Positions 1 to 13,694 are shown, counted from the whole stretch's first letter. The stretch: 55,342 bases of DNA, filler included, from Squatina squatina (GCA_031763465.1; 3 parts of 3 records of this genome joined end to end with filler, not necessarily neighbours in it); one strand, 5' to 3'. Notes: a model not told the origin generated them from the sequence alone. Translations and numbers: made by a program.

Positions 1-476
<476 letters not shown>

Positions 477-723
477 TAGGTCAGATCAGAGGCCGCCAGC
501 CTCATTAAAATATTTAAATTGCCAATTTGCCTCCTGAGAGCAGGTTGGTTGACCACCCCCTCTCCTATCTCCATTAAACCTGGAAGTGGCCGGGTTGGTG
601 TCGGGTTTGAGATTTTTTAAAATNNNNNNNNNNNNNNNNNNNNNNNNNNNNNNNNNNNNNNNNNNNNNNNNNNNNNNNNNNNNNNNNNNNNNNNNNNNNN
701 NNNNNNNNNNNNNNNNNNNNNNN

Positions 724-1058
724 GTCTTTTTCTCACTCTCCCTCTCTCTCAATCCCATCTATCTTTCCCTCTCTTTCACTTACTGTACATGATTTTACAT
801 TGAATTAAATATTCTAACTTGCACTTCTTGGTTTAGACTCTGTGTCTCAGTAAGGATTCTTCAATCTGATTGTTTGTTTGAGGAGATGTGCCGTTGCTTG
901 TCCTGTTCACACCGGTCCCAGATCCCCTGTAGAGGGTGCCGCGCTGTTTCGATTCTCTAACTACAGCAAATCACAGTGCAACAGCCACAGAAATTACGTG
1001 GGCAAGTGTAATGAATGGCAAGCGCTGTTCGTTTGCCGCTGATCGCAAAATCTGGACC
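724..1058. mobile_element. Partial non-autonomous DNA transposon (MITE-like)
   Basis: Ends in GCTGATCGCAAAATCTGGACC, similar to the right TIR of the element at 21250-21961. The other end is hidden by the gap. Confidence 0.45.
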
Positions 1059-1941
1059 GTACAATTTCCTCTAACTAACAATGAGCAAAGCCATGGGCGA
1101 TCAGCCAGTGTGTATAGAAAATAAGACACACTCCTCCTTATCGGTCCTGGCAGGGCAGTTGTATGTTCGAGCACCTCTTTAGGCAATATCTCAAACTGCC
1201 CATTTTGTAGTTCTAGTTTGTGAAATGGGTTTAATACGTTATTTGCTTGCATCTACAACATTTGCGCTTACAGATTGTTGCGCAATCTGTAACAATGATT
1301 TGGCATGAGCAGCTCTCTTATTTTCAGAATCAGGCATTTCTCTGCATTCATGTGATGCAGACTTATTTCTATCCTGCTAAATATAAAAAACAGATTTTAT
1401 GCATTGTTTGTAATATGGTAATTTTAATTTTTGCCCCACTCTGATTGGAGAATTCACACTGATGTAATACTGGAGTTCCTTAGCTACCCATGTATCACTA
1501 AGTCACCATGACTTCTTTGCAGAAAACAATTCCACAATGAATGGGTTCTAAAATAAATGTTTCCATTCAATATTTCTGCTCCTGTATCTTTGTTTACAAA
1601 TGCATAGGAATAGAGAGTTCCGTGCTCTGCATAGTCATGGGATAGGGATTTGTTCTATGATTGAGGAATGCTTTAACATGTGCATCTCCTAAGGAAGTTG
1701 TGCCCCACTGTGCTGGAGACTGACACCATCTGTACAGTGAAGCTGTAGTTTTAAATATAAAGGTCTTTTTCACAAATGAAATTAAAACTCCGATTCAAAA
1801 TGGCACATAAAATGTCTTCTGCTTTCTATCTGTAGCCTGAGTTCAGTAATTCATGCCCGTCAAACAGTTAGATGTGGCGTAGAGTCATGTTATTGTACAT
1901 TGGTTTACAAGGTATAATAATCGGTTTGTTTTCTTGTTTAG

Positions 1942-2315
1942 CTTTGATCTTGGATCTGGTCCTGGTAGGCATTGTGAAGTCGTTGGTCCGCAGGCGTCGT
2001 CCTACACACAACAAGATGGACATGTTTGCTACGTTTTCCGTGGACAGATACTCGTTCCCGTCTGGCCATGCAACCAGAGCAGCAATGGGAGGCCGATTCT
2101 TGCTCAATCACTTGGTTTTAGCTGTTCCACTTCGTATTCTGGTTGTGCTGTGGGTGTGCATCGTGGGACTCTCGCGAGTGATGCTGGGAAGGCACAATGT
2201 GACTGATGTTGTTTGTGGATTTATCATGGGGTATCTGCAGTATAGCCTGGTGGAGTATATGTGGTTGTCATCCAGTAACCTGCAGATATTTCTGAGATTG
2301 TGGGGACTTAAATAA
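1942..2315 (+). CDS. PLPP6: PLPP6 coding exon 2 (last) with all PAP2 catalytic motifs
   Basis: Acceptor TTTTCTTGTTTAG|CT joins exon 1 in phase (G+CT = Ala). Motifs [14 protein letters not shown] and [12 protein letters not shown] are intact. Stop TAA at 2313-2315. Confidence 0.93.
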
Positions 2316-3341
2316 TTATATGGAAGTGCAGATTTTTTTTAAGTATGTGTTCCAACTTATAAGCATACTGTATACCCGAAATGATATGTAGCTTGGTAGG
2401 GCTGCAGTGCACAATTATTTGATTTTATATATGTTGTGACCATTCACTTTGAGAGAGCATCCTATTTTAGCCAACCTAGGTTAAAGTTCAAAACTGCCAA
2501 AACAACCTCTACTAAAACATTCTGCTTATTTCCTGTTTCTTGTACATTTGTCTGTTTAGGTGAGAGGAGACCGGTTCAGATGAGTGTTTTCCATTCTTTG
2601 TCCAGTGACACGTTATGTATAGTGTAGGTCGATACACTTTTCAGGTTTTTGTTTTGTGAGCCTCNNNNNNNNNNNNNNNNNNNNNNNNNNNNNNNNNNNN
2701 NNNNNNNNNNNNNNNNNNNNNNNNNNNNNNNNNNNNNNNNNNNNNNNNNNNNNNNNNNNNNNNNGCGGTGAATCGGAGGCCGGTTGCATGGGGTTGAAGC
2801 CACGGCACTGGCGTCCGACCCCGGCCACCCTGGGAGCGCGCTGCATCACGTAGCTGCCCAGAGCACCGAATTCTGAGACGGCCGGGGTGGGGCGGGCGCT
2901 GCGAGTGAAATGCCAGCGCCCACCCCGTACGCATTTTAAACGCGGCGGGACCCAATTATGGCCCCGTCATTTTAGAAGCTAGCCCCGCCCCCAGGGTGAA
3001 TTAATCACCATTGGGAATTTCTGCTAATTGCATCCTTCAAGGAGGCTCCAAAAATTAAGTTGGATCTTTTGGGTGCAAGGACACTAACGGGTACATTTTG
3101 AAAGGTTTTGAATGAATGAATTCTTTACAATTTACTAAGGAACTGACTACTGTGCCCCAATCTAACTAGAAAATAGTTCTGCATATTTTCTAAAAGTCAT
3201 TTTTAGTCATTTTAAAATCGGGTTACTCACAGGTGGTTATTAATTATTTGTAGAATTTGTTAAATATTGGTATCTCAAATTATGTATCCTTACACTATGA
3301 AATGATGTTGAGCTGGTGGATTTTTGCTTTGTTAGGTGAAA

Positions 3342-3473
3342 ATGAGCAAGCGAGTCGCAATCATTGGGGCTGGTGCCAGTGGCTTAACTTGTATAAAGTG
3401 CTGTTTGGATGAAAACTTGGAGCCTGTCTGCTTTGAGAGGAGTGATGACATTGGAGGGCTCTGGAATTTTCAG
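3342..3473 (+). CDS. Flavin-containing monooxygenase, first coding exon (FAD-binding motif)
   Basis: [44 protein letters not shown] contains GxGxxG and GGLW. Acceptor TTAG ends 3335 and donor CAG|GTACGT is at 3473/3474. Not in the ORF track. Confidence 0.93.
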
Positions 3474-4559
3474 GTACGTTCTGGTGTTTTATAGGGTTTC
3501 ATCTACTGTGAGCAAAAGTCACAGTGTTGCAATCCCAGCCCCTGCTGCCCTCGCCATAGTGCTTCACTTAATTCAAAGTGGATCTGACACAAAAAATAAG
3601 AATTTATTTATAATAAGTATATAGCATTGTCTCCCATCCTGCCCTCCCACTGCCATGATGCTCCATTTATCTGAAACCGGGTAGAATCTCAGGGTTGCGT
3701 TACACTGTCACATTTACGTTGCAACGGTATAACTCCTAATTCTCACAATGATCCAACACTGAAGTTCAGTTGTGCAAGGGGAAGCTTTCTTGCACTTTTT
3801 GGGCTTAACACTGCGTGGCGTGTAACTCCAGTGAGGTGTCGAGCAGGGTTAAATAGTGCTCAGGTCCATAAGGCTTCCTGAGCACTTTGTACGCAGAAGC
3901 AGAGTTTTCTAAATGTTTGGTAAATCATGAACTGCCCCTACTCTCAAAAAATGTACTGGCCATGAGCAGAGCTTGCATATTTGTGTAAATAGAGCTGTCC
4001 CATGGCGGGACCAGAGTCTGCAGTAAAATCTGTTGCTGCAGCCTGTGAGTCACTCGCTGATCGCAGACCAGTGGTGCAGTATAACCCCAGCCTCAAACAG
4101 AGACATGTCGGTGAATACAGGTCAATAGTTCATGTTCTACTAGTACAGCAACGTGGGCATTGTCAGGAATTTCCTCTTTCACCCCTCCCTAAAAGTGGAA
4201 CGCTCCATCATTGTGTAGTCTGATTTAAAGCCCAGCCAACAACGAGCAAAAGTCAAAATTACTGTACCATGCAATTAGGAGAAAAATAGAAGATGCTTTT
4301 TCTTTCCAAAAAAAAATCTTTAATGTTAAATGGATCCCCTCTGAAAATNNNNNNNNNNNNNNNNNNNNNNNNNNNNNNNNNNNNNNNNNNNNNNNNNNNN
4401 NNNNNNNNNNNNNNNNNNNNNNNNNNNNNNNNNNNNNNNNNNNNNNNNTCCTGCTTTTTAATTTATCTCCTAACTCCCTATATTCAGCTTGCAGGATCTC
4501 ATCACTTTTTTTTACCAATGTCGTTGGTACCGATATGTACCACAACCACTGGCTGTCCA

Positions 4560-4905
4560 TCTTATATGTGACTATCTTATATTTATGCCCTCTAGTTTTG
4601 GACTCCCCACAATTGGAAATATCTTCTCTAGTCTACCCTCTATAATTCTTTCATAATTTTAAAGAGCTCTATCAGGTCACCCCTCAGTTTTGTCTTTTCT
4701 GGAGAAAAGAGCCCCAGCCCGTTCAGCCTTTCCTGATAAGTATGTCCTCTCAGTTCTGGTATCATCCTTGTGTGTCTCTTTTGCACCTTCTCCAGTACCT
4801 CTGTATCCTTTTCATAATCGGGAGACCAGAACTGTTCACAGTACTCCAAGTGTGGTCTAACCGAGGTCCTATAAACATTTAACATAACTGCTCTGCTTTT
4901 CAATT
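4560..4905 (-). mobile_element. CR1 LINE ORF2 C-terminal fragment
   Basis: YRTSVRPHLEYCEQFWSP...LEKVQKR..RMIPELRGHTYQERL..LGLFS...LRGDLIELFKIMK is typical of CR1 ORF2. Confidence 0.9.
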
Positions 4906-6644
4906 CTATAGGTATGTATTTTACACATCAGTACTGAAGGTAATCAATTGGACAACCCATTGTCTTAATTACGTTTTACTATCTATTGTTGAAAGCTCTA
5001 TTTCCCCTTGCACTGTTCTTTTTGTTAATGTCAGTGGAACTTAATGAGTACCTTGGGGGAATAAAATCACAAAAGAAACCTAAATATAGGACCCATCAAA
5101 GTGCTGAGTGGTAACACAAGACCTGATAAAGCCCAGATGTGTGCTCAGAGATAAACAAACCATTTGACCAGCACAATATGAAGAAAGGGCAATATTTGGA
5201 AATGACAGCTACAGAATTTCTGTTTGGTGCATATTAAGTTGGACATATACTGCGGAGCAGTTAATAATCAGATGCATTATATTTCGTGGAACAGAGTGTT
5301 ACCTTAACAGTTGTGCAAAACAAGGTTTTCAGTTAGTTGTCAGTGTGTGAATGTAGAAGCAAAATATTTCAGCAGTTTGGCATTAATTCAATATTTGCAT
5401 CAGCTGAACAGTGCACTGTTAAATATATCAGAATGTAGGGGTGGTCATCCTGTAGCTAGAAACAAAGAGTGAGGCCAGGGAACGGAAATAGATGCCTATC
5501 TGTGAAGGGGGAAAGTGGGTGCAAGAGTTTGACATCAGTAGAGGCAGTGCAGGAAAGTCCTCGGAATCTGAAGTTATCTGGTGGGTAGATAAGGGAGGGA
5601 AAGCACCAGCAACATCACGTGTTATTTATGAAGATTGTGTGCCCTATGCTAGGCTTTCCACCATGGCTGCTGATTTGCCTTGATCCCAGGAATCCACCAG
5701 GCTGCATGGAAATCTGCCCAAGAGCTGGGTCACTCCTGTGCCTGGTGCCTTGGATCCCCTCCACAGTTCCATGCCAGCTGGCTGGCCCAAATAGTAAGGG
5801 GTCAAATCAGTCTAACATAGGGAAAAAGTCTGGATAGTTCAGGGCAGATAGCAGAAGTGAAAAAAAGAAGGGTAGAGTGTGCACGTGTTGATGTCGAGGA
5901 AAGAGATGGGATGTGATACATTACCTGGCTGGGGATGGAGTAAATCTTTCATCCGGTTGCAGCCAATTCAGTTCGGAAGCCATGGCAGAATCTGTGGGAA
6001 GCCCGCGAGCCGCAGTCTCAGAACAAAACGGATGGTATCTATCCTGTGTGTCTGTTGCCACGTGGGCCGTGCAGACTGTTTGGGGCCAACCAGGTCGTGC
6101 CAACATCAAACTGGGAGGTGGGGGCCAGGGCTGGGAGGGTGCTGTTGTAGCTGGGGAATAGCAATACATCACCGCTTCGGACTTTTGACTATTTGGCTCA
6201 CTGGTAGGACTCTGACACCCAACTCCAACTTGTGCATCTCGTGTAACATCTTGCTGTGTTTGCTCGACTTTAAAAATGGTAAAAAATAAAAATGTCTTCT
6301 TCAAAAAAAAATTGGTAAAGAAGTAAAAGGCCGCTTCCTTATGGCTTTCACGGAATAATGGACATTTATGGAATTCAATCACCAATGCATCAGGAAAAAT
6401 TACAATGCATTTAAATAGAAATGGAATGTGACTTAAGTCAGTCACTGTAAATCAGTGGGTCAGGTACTTTCCCTTATCTGCTATAAACACCCCCGTCGTA
6501 ATAAAAAATCAAATCCTCTGTCTCACCGCAGGGAAGGTCATGGGAGATCGAACAGTCACAATATAAAATCAAGAGAGAATGTAGGACCTTAAAATGGGGA
6601 TTGACTTGCACTAAGGTGCCCTGGACGAATTAACCCCTGTGCTC

Positions 6645-6715
6645 TAACACTACTTCAAAGCACCTTGGGATGTTTTACTACATTAAGGTGCTATATAAAT
6701 GCAAATTGTTGTTAC
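6645..6715 (+). repeat. L2-type 3' tail fragment (LINE or SINE)
   Basis: AAAGCACCTTGGGATGTTTTACTACATTAAGGTGCTATATAAATGCAAATTGTTGTT matches the tails near 10630-10691 and 16160-16220. Confidence 0.6.
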
Positions 6716-7363
6716 TGCTTCACCTGAAGACCACTAGGTCATGACTCCCCAGGTGCAATGCCATGCAACCACAATTAGTATATAATATTTTTCATATCTG
6801 CAAAAATATTGATCTTGCATTGAAAATGTATATATTTAAAAAACTCTAATTACAGGAGTTTGTTACTGTTTGTTACCACTTCTTGTTAATATTGAGAACT
6901 GTGCCGTTAAGGTTTGTGTGTGAGTTCCCACAATTGTCAACAATGGGCGAGTGCATTGCCAGGTGCAGTGCTAAGCCACACGGGCAAGGATATATTCCCT
7001 TGTTTGATTCTGGGCTGGACTGAGTGAGTTGACCTCCAGTGGAGCGGCAGTGGAAACAAAAGTTAGTGGAAAATGCTCTTGCTTACTATCCAGTGACACT
7101 TGCTGGAAAATGTGTGTATCTGTGTACATTGAGTGAGAATAGTGGTTGGGCTCAGCAGTGATAACTGGATAACCTGCTTGATATCACTGTCAAAGCTCAC
7201 ACAGCCATGATGCCCACTGCATTGAAGGCTGCCAGAACCTCTGGAACAGTACTCCAGCATGAAGCTGTGGCCTGCAGGAAAGTGGGGCTTGAAAATCTGA
7301 GGCAAAAATCAGATTTCTTTTAAGTTGTATCTCTCTCCCTGTCTCCCTTTCCCTCTGTATAAG

Positions 7364-7709
7364 GTATGTCGGCTCCCAAAGACACACTATTCAAGTTGAT
7401 TACGTATCCTACATGGATGAATTAGCTGAGCTGATTGGTGTGAACCCCAACATGAGCCAGCTCCTCTTCAGTGATCCGCGGTTGGCATTTCACGTTTTCT
7501 TCGGCCCCTGCACACCGTACCAGTTTCGACTGACTGGGCCCGGAAAATGGCCGAAAGCTCGGGAAACCATCTTCACACAGTGGGAACGCACCATCAAACC
7601 GATCAAAACGCGTGTGGTCTCTGATAGTCAGCAAGTGGCCTTTTTGCCATTGCTGCTGAAACTCCTGTCTCTGTTGATTGTCCTTGGTGCTGTTTATCTG
7701 CTTCTGTAA
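7364..7709 (+). CDS. Flavin-containing monooxygenase, last coding exon (FMO5-like C-terminus, membrane anchor)
   Basis: Polypyrimidine tract and AAG| at 7363, then [29 protein letters not shown]...DPRLA...[18 protein letters not shown], a hydrophobic tail and TAA. The SQRHTIQ motif resembles FMO5. Confidence 0.9.
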
Positions 7710-7924
7710 TTGGTTGGAAGGTTTTCCTGAGGAGCTTCTCTCAGCCTTTATGTCAGCCAAGTAATGAGAGAGATGCAGATTCTGATTGTTTCTAATAATA
7801 GCATTTATTACCTTTCACGTGATGTATTTTGATTGCTATGAATTATTTTACAGAGTCCATTGGTTGAATCATTTTCTCTGGCTGGTTGTTTTGTTGCTAT
7901 GAAAGAACATTTCATCAAGAAACA

Positions 7925-8060
7925 CCCTGGAGATGGAGCACATGTTGTCCGCTGGTTCACTCGAGGCTTTCCTGAGTGGGCACCGGAGGGACTGGAGTGC
8001 ATCATTACCTGGACAACAAAATTCTAATTTGATCATTAAGTTTACTTTAAAAGTTTTTTT
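7925..8060 (+). mobile_element. Tx1-like LINE 3' end fragment downstream of the FMO stop
   Basis: LEMEHMLSAGSLEAF...WAPEGLECII matches the C-terminus of the element at 24280-24937. Confidence 0.7.
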
Positions 8061-8089
8061 AGTTTGCAGTTCATTGGTTAATTTTTTAA

Positions 8090-8188
8090 AAATTCGTTCC
8101 TGGGATGTGGGGTCGCTGGCAAGGTCAGCATTTATTGCCCATCCCTAGTTGCCCTTGAGAAGGTGGTGATGAGCCGCCTTCTTGAACC
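8090..8188 (-). mobile_element. LINE 3' end (RTEX/L2-like, clade uncertain)
   Basis: Near-identical to 25670-25770 and to the reverse complement of 28845-28945 (GCCCATCCCTAGTTGCCCTTGAGAAGGTGGTGATGAGCCGCCTTCTTGAA). Confidence 0.7.
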
Positions 8189-8892
8189 NNNNNNNNNNNN
8201 NNNNNNNNNNNNNNNNNNNNNNNNNNNNNNNNNNNNNNNNNNNNNNNNNNNNNNNNNNNNNNNNNNNNNNNNNNNNNNNNNNNNNNNNTCCTGCAGTATC
8301 CCTCTGAATTTATGCAGAATTTGTGGTTCTTGATGTACCCAAGCAAAAGGCAACTAACTCGAGTACTGTGAAAGCCTTTTTATTTAATTATACCCATACC
8401 TGATCAAATCTCAGAATAGTCAGCCTTTCTCAGAGTATACTATATGTGGAAGTATGTGTACTTTTTGTATTCTGGTAAAAGGAGAGAAAAATGGTTTCCT
8501 CAGAAATCAAGACAGTCCTCCATCCTTGTATTTCCATTCCCGTTAGTTCGAGACTGTAGAACAAAAGTCTGTTCTAATACTAACCAAAATTGGTACTGAC
8601 AAATAGTATGCATCGGCAACTTGTTTATCAGCCTTGCAGTGTCACTAAACAGCAGTCAATTAATGAATGGCTTCCTTAGATGAGCAATTAAAGCAGTTTA
8701 TTTGGTTGAATTTACTGTGCTGGAACTGTAGTTGACTGGCGTAATCTTCCTCATTTGCAGTTAGGCTTCTAGTGTCAAATATAATTTCCTATTGAATCTG
8801 AAAAAAATAAATTCTTTGGGAGTTTCTGACCTTGTGACCTTACAGGAGGCGGCTGTTTCGGAAGGTGATCCAGGCCTTACCAGACTCGATGA

Positions 8893-9105
<213 letters not shown>

Positions 9106-9778
9106 TGAGAGGATAGGTTGGCGAGCTGTTCCCTTGCCCTCTTAGCACTACTCTTCAACTTGACATCAGCACTATATTGATTCACCTGTCCCCTGTGGAG
9201 GAGCACTTTCATTCTGCTCAGTGCCTCTTGGTGCCACAGCGAAAATCGACAATATACACACTGATATGAAATCTTATCCTGTCGCATGAATTAGCACAGC
9301 TGTGGTTTGTGCTGCCCAACAACATTTTCCTAATTGGTCATTTAAGGCTGTTCGTGTAATTTTATGAAGATTGAAAAGTAACAAAAAATTGGACTACTGT
9401 TGTACTTTTAGGTTTATTCAGACTTTGTGCTTATAAAAGTATTATAAATTGTTATAGGACCTGAACATAAATTACCCCTAAAAATGCACAAATTAAAATT
9501 CTTACGGTCACATAGACCTCCTGACAATCTCAGACTAGTTCTGAGCAGAAGTCTGCACCCAGCATAAAAGTAATTTAGTTGCGATGCTGAGAGAAATTCT
9601 GTATTGGAGAAGGAAGTTGGTGTTATATTGGATGCGTGGTTGAAAATATAAAGGAAATCGGTATTGCAAAATANNNNNNNNNNNNNNNNNNNNNNNNNNN
9701 NNNNNNNNNNNNNNNNNNNNNNNNNNNNNNNNNNNNNNNNNNNNNNNNNNNNNNNNNNNNNNNNNNNNNNNNNTTTGA

Positions 9779-10018
<240 letters not shown>

Positions 10019-10462
10019 TGAAGTTGTTGTCTTCATTGAATTTTATTGCACTAAGCACACAAACTGTAGAAATTAATGAATACATACTTTTCATTGCAAC
10101 TTGCAAAGTATGCTAATCTATTATCTACAAAAAAATTAACTTTCTTGTGTTGCCTATTATAACTGCAGATGTGTATGCAAACAAAAAACAGACCTAATTG
10201 GGATGGCATCCACCTACTTTAGGGTAGGCCATTGTCACCTGCAGAGAGGAACTATTACTGAAGTCCACTGTTTTCTTCCTCCCCATAGGAGATGTTGGCA
10301 GGAATGACATTAAAAAAAAGACTTTGAACACTTATTTTATGTGGGGGGGGGGGGGGGAGATGNNNNNNNNNNNNNNNNNNNNNNNNNNNNNNNNNNNNNN
10401 NNNNNNNNNNNNNNNNNNNNNNNNNNNNNNNNNNNNNNNNNNNNNNNNNNNNNNNNNNNNNN

Positions 10463-10692
10463 TCTAGACCCTGAGCTTGGGAATTCCCTTCCTAAACCAC
10501 TCTGCCTCTTCACCTCTCTCTCCTCTTTTAAGACACACCTTCAAACCTAACTCTTTGACCAAGCTTTTGGTCACCTGTCCTAATATCTACTTATATGGTT
10601 TAGTGTCAAATTTCTTTTGATTATGCATCTGTGAAGCACCTTGGGACGTTTTGGCAGATTAAAGGTGGTATATAAATGCAAGTTGTTGTTGT
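10463..10692 (+). mobile_element. L2-like LINE 3' end
   Basis: GNSLPKPLCL..SLSSFKTHLQT.LFDQAF remnant followed by the tail TATATAAATGCAAGTTGTTGTTG. Confidence 0.75.
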
Positions 10693-11218
10693 TTAAGGGA
10701 ATTTAATCGGAATCTTTTTCTGAAAGTAAATTGGGAAAATGAAAACGTGGGAAAATACTATCCATGACAGAATGTGAATTTAAGACTTTCAGAATAACTC
10801 AATTACTGCTTCATAGGATCAGGTTAATGGTTCTTCATGCCCTGCATAATGTTTTTTAAAACCTGTTTTTACATACTTTTCTCACACACAATCTGTATTC
10901 TAACCTTTTCAGAGGGATTCTAAAGTCCATCAATGTCCCTTTTCACACATCAAGCTTGTTGCTGTTAACATTGGTAGAAAATCACTAAGCTGGATTGCTT
11001 CAGTTATCATTTCAGCTTGGATTCAGTAATTCCTTCTGGTCAGTTAGCTGTTACTTTAAAAAAAAAAGTCACAGGCCAAAATTTAATTATTTGCAAAAAA
11101 TCTTTGTAGAATAAAAGTTGCTGTTTAATATTTTACTATAATTAACTGATGGTCTATTTCCAGCACAATCACTATGGAAACTATTTGAAAATTATTGCTT
11201 CTGTTTTGTGCATTACAG

Positions 11219-11429
11219 GTATGATGCCAACAAAACTAATGAGAAGAGATCAGATTGACAGTTCTGGTTCAGGGTCTGAATCATTTGACCATCTGTCACG
11301 ACCAGCCAGGGATCACAACATTCAGTCCGCAGAACCTCGGTTGGTGTGGAGCTCTGAGCCTTACCCTCATACAGAACCACAGCAAGCTACTACCCCTCCA
11401 GTAGTAGTGGAAGAATCCAAAGATTCAAG
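11219..11429 (+). CDS. PRRC2C: PRRC2C internal exon
   Basis: GMMPTKLMRRDQIDSSGSGSESFDHLSRPARDH...EPRLVWSSEPYPHTEPQQATTP resembles PRRC2C. TACAG| acceptor, AG|GTGGGT donor. Confidence 0.85.
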
Positions 11430-11917
11430 GTGGGTTTTGTGGTATGAACCCCGTAAAGAGCAGTGTTTATAAGTGTTATTTTGAAGTTAATAGTTTGTTT
11501 CAAAGGCCAAATCCATAGGAAGGTAAAATCCACTTGGCTTTCTGCTCCCAATCATTATTCAGTATTGTCTGCTGGATATTTTGTGTGGATTTTGGATGAA
11601 GACAAGATGGGATTCAGATGTGATGTCCTGTCCTATTCAAATAGCCTGCCAAATGTCTGCAGGCTCACTTGCTGAGCAAGGGCTCCCCACACCCAACAAG
11701 CAAGGTGATGAAGGAAACCTCCATTATGGATCATGAGTTGGTTATGTGCTGAATAAGAAATTGAGGCAATGCCTCACAGTGACACAGATGTGATCGCTGA
11801 CTTAGTGGTTTGGGGTTACAGGTGAGAGTATGTGTTCCACTGTTCTGACATTGTGTCTTGACACTTCTAAACACTGTTCTCTGCCATACAGCTTTAATCA
11901 TTTTGTTATATCTTTAG

Positions 11918-12955
11918 GTCTGAGGTAGNNNNNNNNNNNNNNNNNNNNNNNNNNNNNNNNNNNNNNNNNNNNNNNNNNNNNNNNNNNNNNNNNNNNNNNN
12001 NNNNNNNNNNNNNNNNNNNNNNNNNNNNNNNNNNNNNNNNNNNNNNNNNNNNNNNNNNNNNNNNNNNNNNNNNNNNNNNNNNNNNNNNNNNNNNNNNNNN
12101 NNNNNNNNNNNNNNNNNNNNNNNNNNNNNNNNNNNNNNNNNNNNNNNNNNNNNNNNNNNNNNNNNNNNNNNNNNNNNNNNNNNNNNNNNNNNNNNNNNNN
12201 NNNNNNNNNNNNNNNNNNNNNNNNNNNNNNNNNNNNNNNNNNNNNNNNNNNNNNNNNNNNNNNNNNNNNNNNNNNNNNNNNNNNNNNNNNNNNNNNNNNN
12301 NNNNNNNNNNNNNNNNNNNNNNNNNNNNNNNNNNNNNNNNNNNNNNNNNNNNNNNNNNNNNNNNNNNNNNNNNNNNNNNNNNNNNNNNNNNNNNNNNNNN
12401 NNNNNNNNNNNNNNNNNNNNNNNNNNNNNNNNNNNNNNNNNNNNNNNNNGTCCAATCAAAAAACCTGTTTTAAGAGATATGAAAGAAGAACGTGAGCAAA
12501 GGAAGGAAAAAGAGGAACGCCATTCCATTCCAGTCAAAGGTAATAAAGCTGCTAAAACTGAAAGGAAAGGAGCACCCCAGGCAATCAATAAGATAGTCAA
12601 TAAAACAGAACCTGAAAAATCTCTTCCAGACAGTTCTGCATCAGTGGTTAAAAAGGCACCCCAGGATGTAAAGCCGTTAATAGATAAAATTGAGACACTT
12701 CCGCCAGTTACGTCAGTTAGTAAAACTGTAAACAATCAAGTTGCTTCAGTCCAAGCACCAAAAGATGAGAAGCAGGAGAAGCCACATGTTAAGAATCCGA
12801 TCTCAGAAAGGCAGCGTATTGATAACCGGTTTCCTGCCAGGAGGGATTCTGGTTTACCCCCACGTAACTATCGGAAAGAAGTTAGGGAACAACGTGACTG
12901 GTTTCCTGACCAAGGATATAGGGGGAGAGGTCGTGGAGAATTTTATTCTCGAGGG
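11918..12955 (+). CDS. PRRC2C: PRRC2C large exon, 5' part (gap at 11929-12449)
   Basis: Acceptor TCTTTAG|G TCT GAG GTA is in phase with the previous exon. After the gap: PIKKPVLRDMKEEREQRKEKE...IETLPPV...RDWFPDQGYRGRGRGEFYSRG. Confidence 0.85.
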
Positions 12956-13694
12956 NNNNNNNNNNNNNNNNNNNNNNNNNNNNNNNNNNNNNNNNNNNNN
13001 NNNNNNNNNNNNNNNNNNNNNNNNNNNNNNNNNNNNNNNNNNNNNNNNNNNNNNNGACCACCAGTATTCACCTTTAACCACCGGAAGATGAAGAAGTCCC
13101 GAAAACATCATCACAACTTTCTTTAACTATACCAACAACATTCCCTCTGCTTAACTTTCATCAGTTGATAAGGTATGGTTCAGCAGTTTAATGCTATCCA
13201 TCGCCCAACTAGAGTGTGTACATTATTAGTTAGTGGTGCTAGAAATAAGGTTTGTCATAAAAAAGGTAGCAAAGATCCTCAGTACAGATATGCCAGATTT
13301 TGACACATACTTGAATGGATGTTTTTAGGATCCACAAGGAATTTTGTTGAAAAATTAAAGTCACCCGTAAGATTTCTTTTCTGAATAAGCCCAATAGAAT
13401 TGTTCTTGTATGCAAGTGAAAGCCTCCAACATTACCAGTTTGTAGTGAAAAGTTCCCAGAGATGATAGCTTTCTGAAACACTTTGGAAATAGGCATTACA
13501 ATGGAAAAGCTGCTTAGCAATGAATGTCAGTGTTCAATGCAGACACAAGTCAACTGCATGCACTTTTACACATGATCTACCCAATGTTCTGAAAAGTTCA
13601 GTTGCTCCTCAGTATTGGTTTCTCCATCTTATTAGGTTCTTTCAATGTTATCTTCCTACTTTGTAAGATACTGCTTGGGTAATTTTGCTGTCAT

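Noticed and set aside
1872-1941. N-terminal extension of the 147-aa ORF
   Set aside because: Intronic sequence upstream of the acceptor at 1941.
5879-6445. Overlapping 136-aa and 174-aa ORFs in the FMO interval
   Set aside because: No recognisable domain or FMO similarity; probably chance ORFs in a GC-richer repeat.
11898-12455. Long ORFs made mostly of X, here and at other gaps
   Set aside because: Artefacts of translating N runs.
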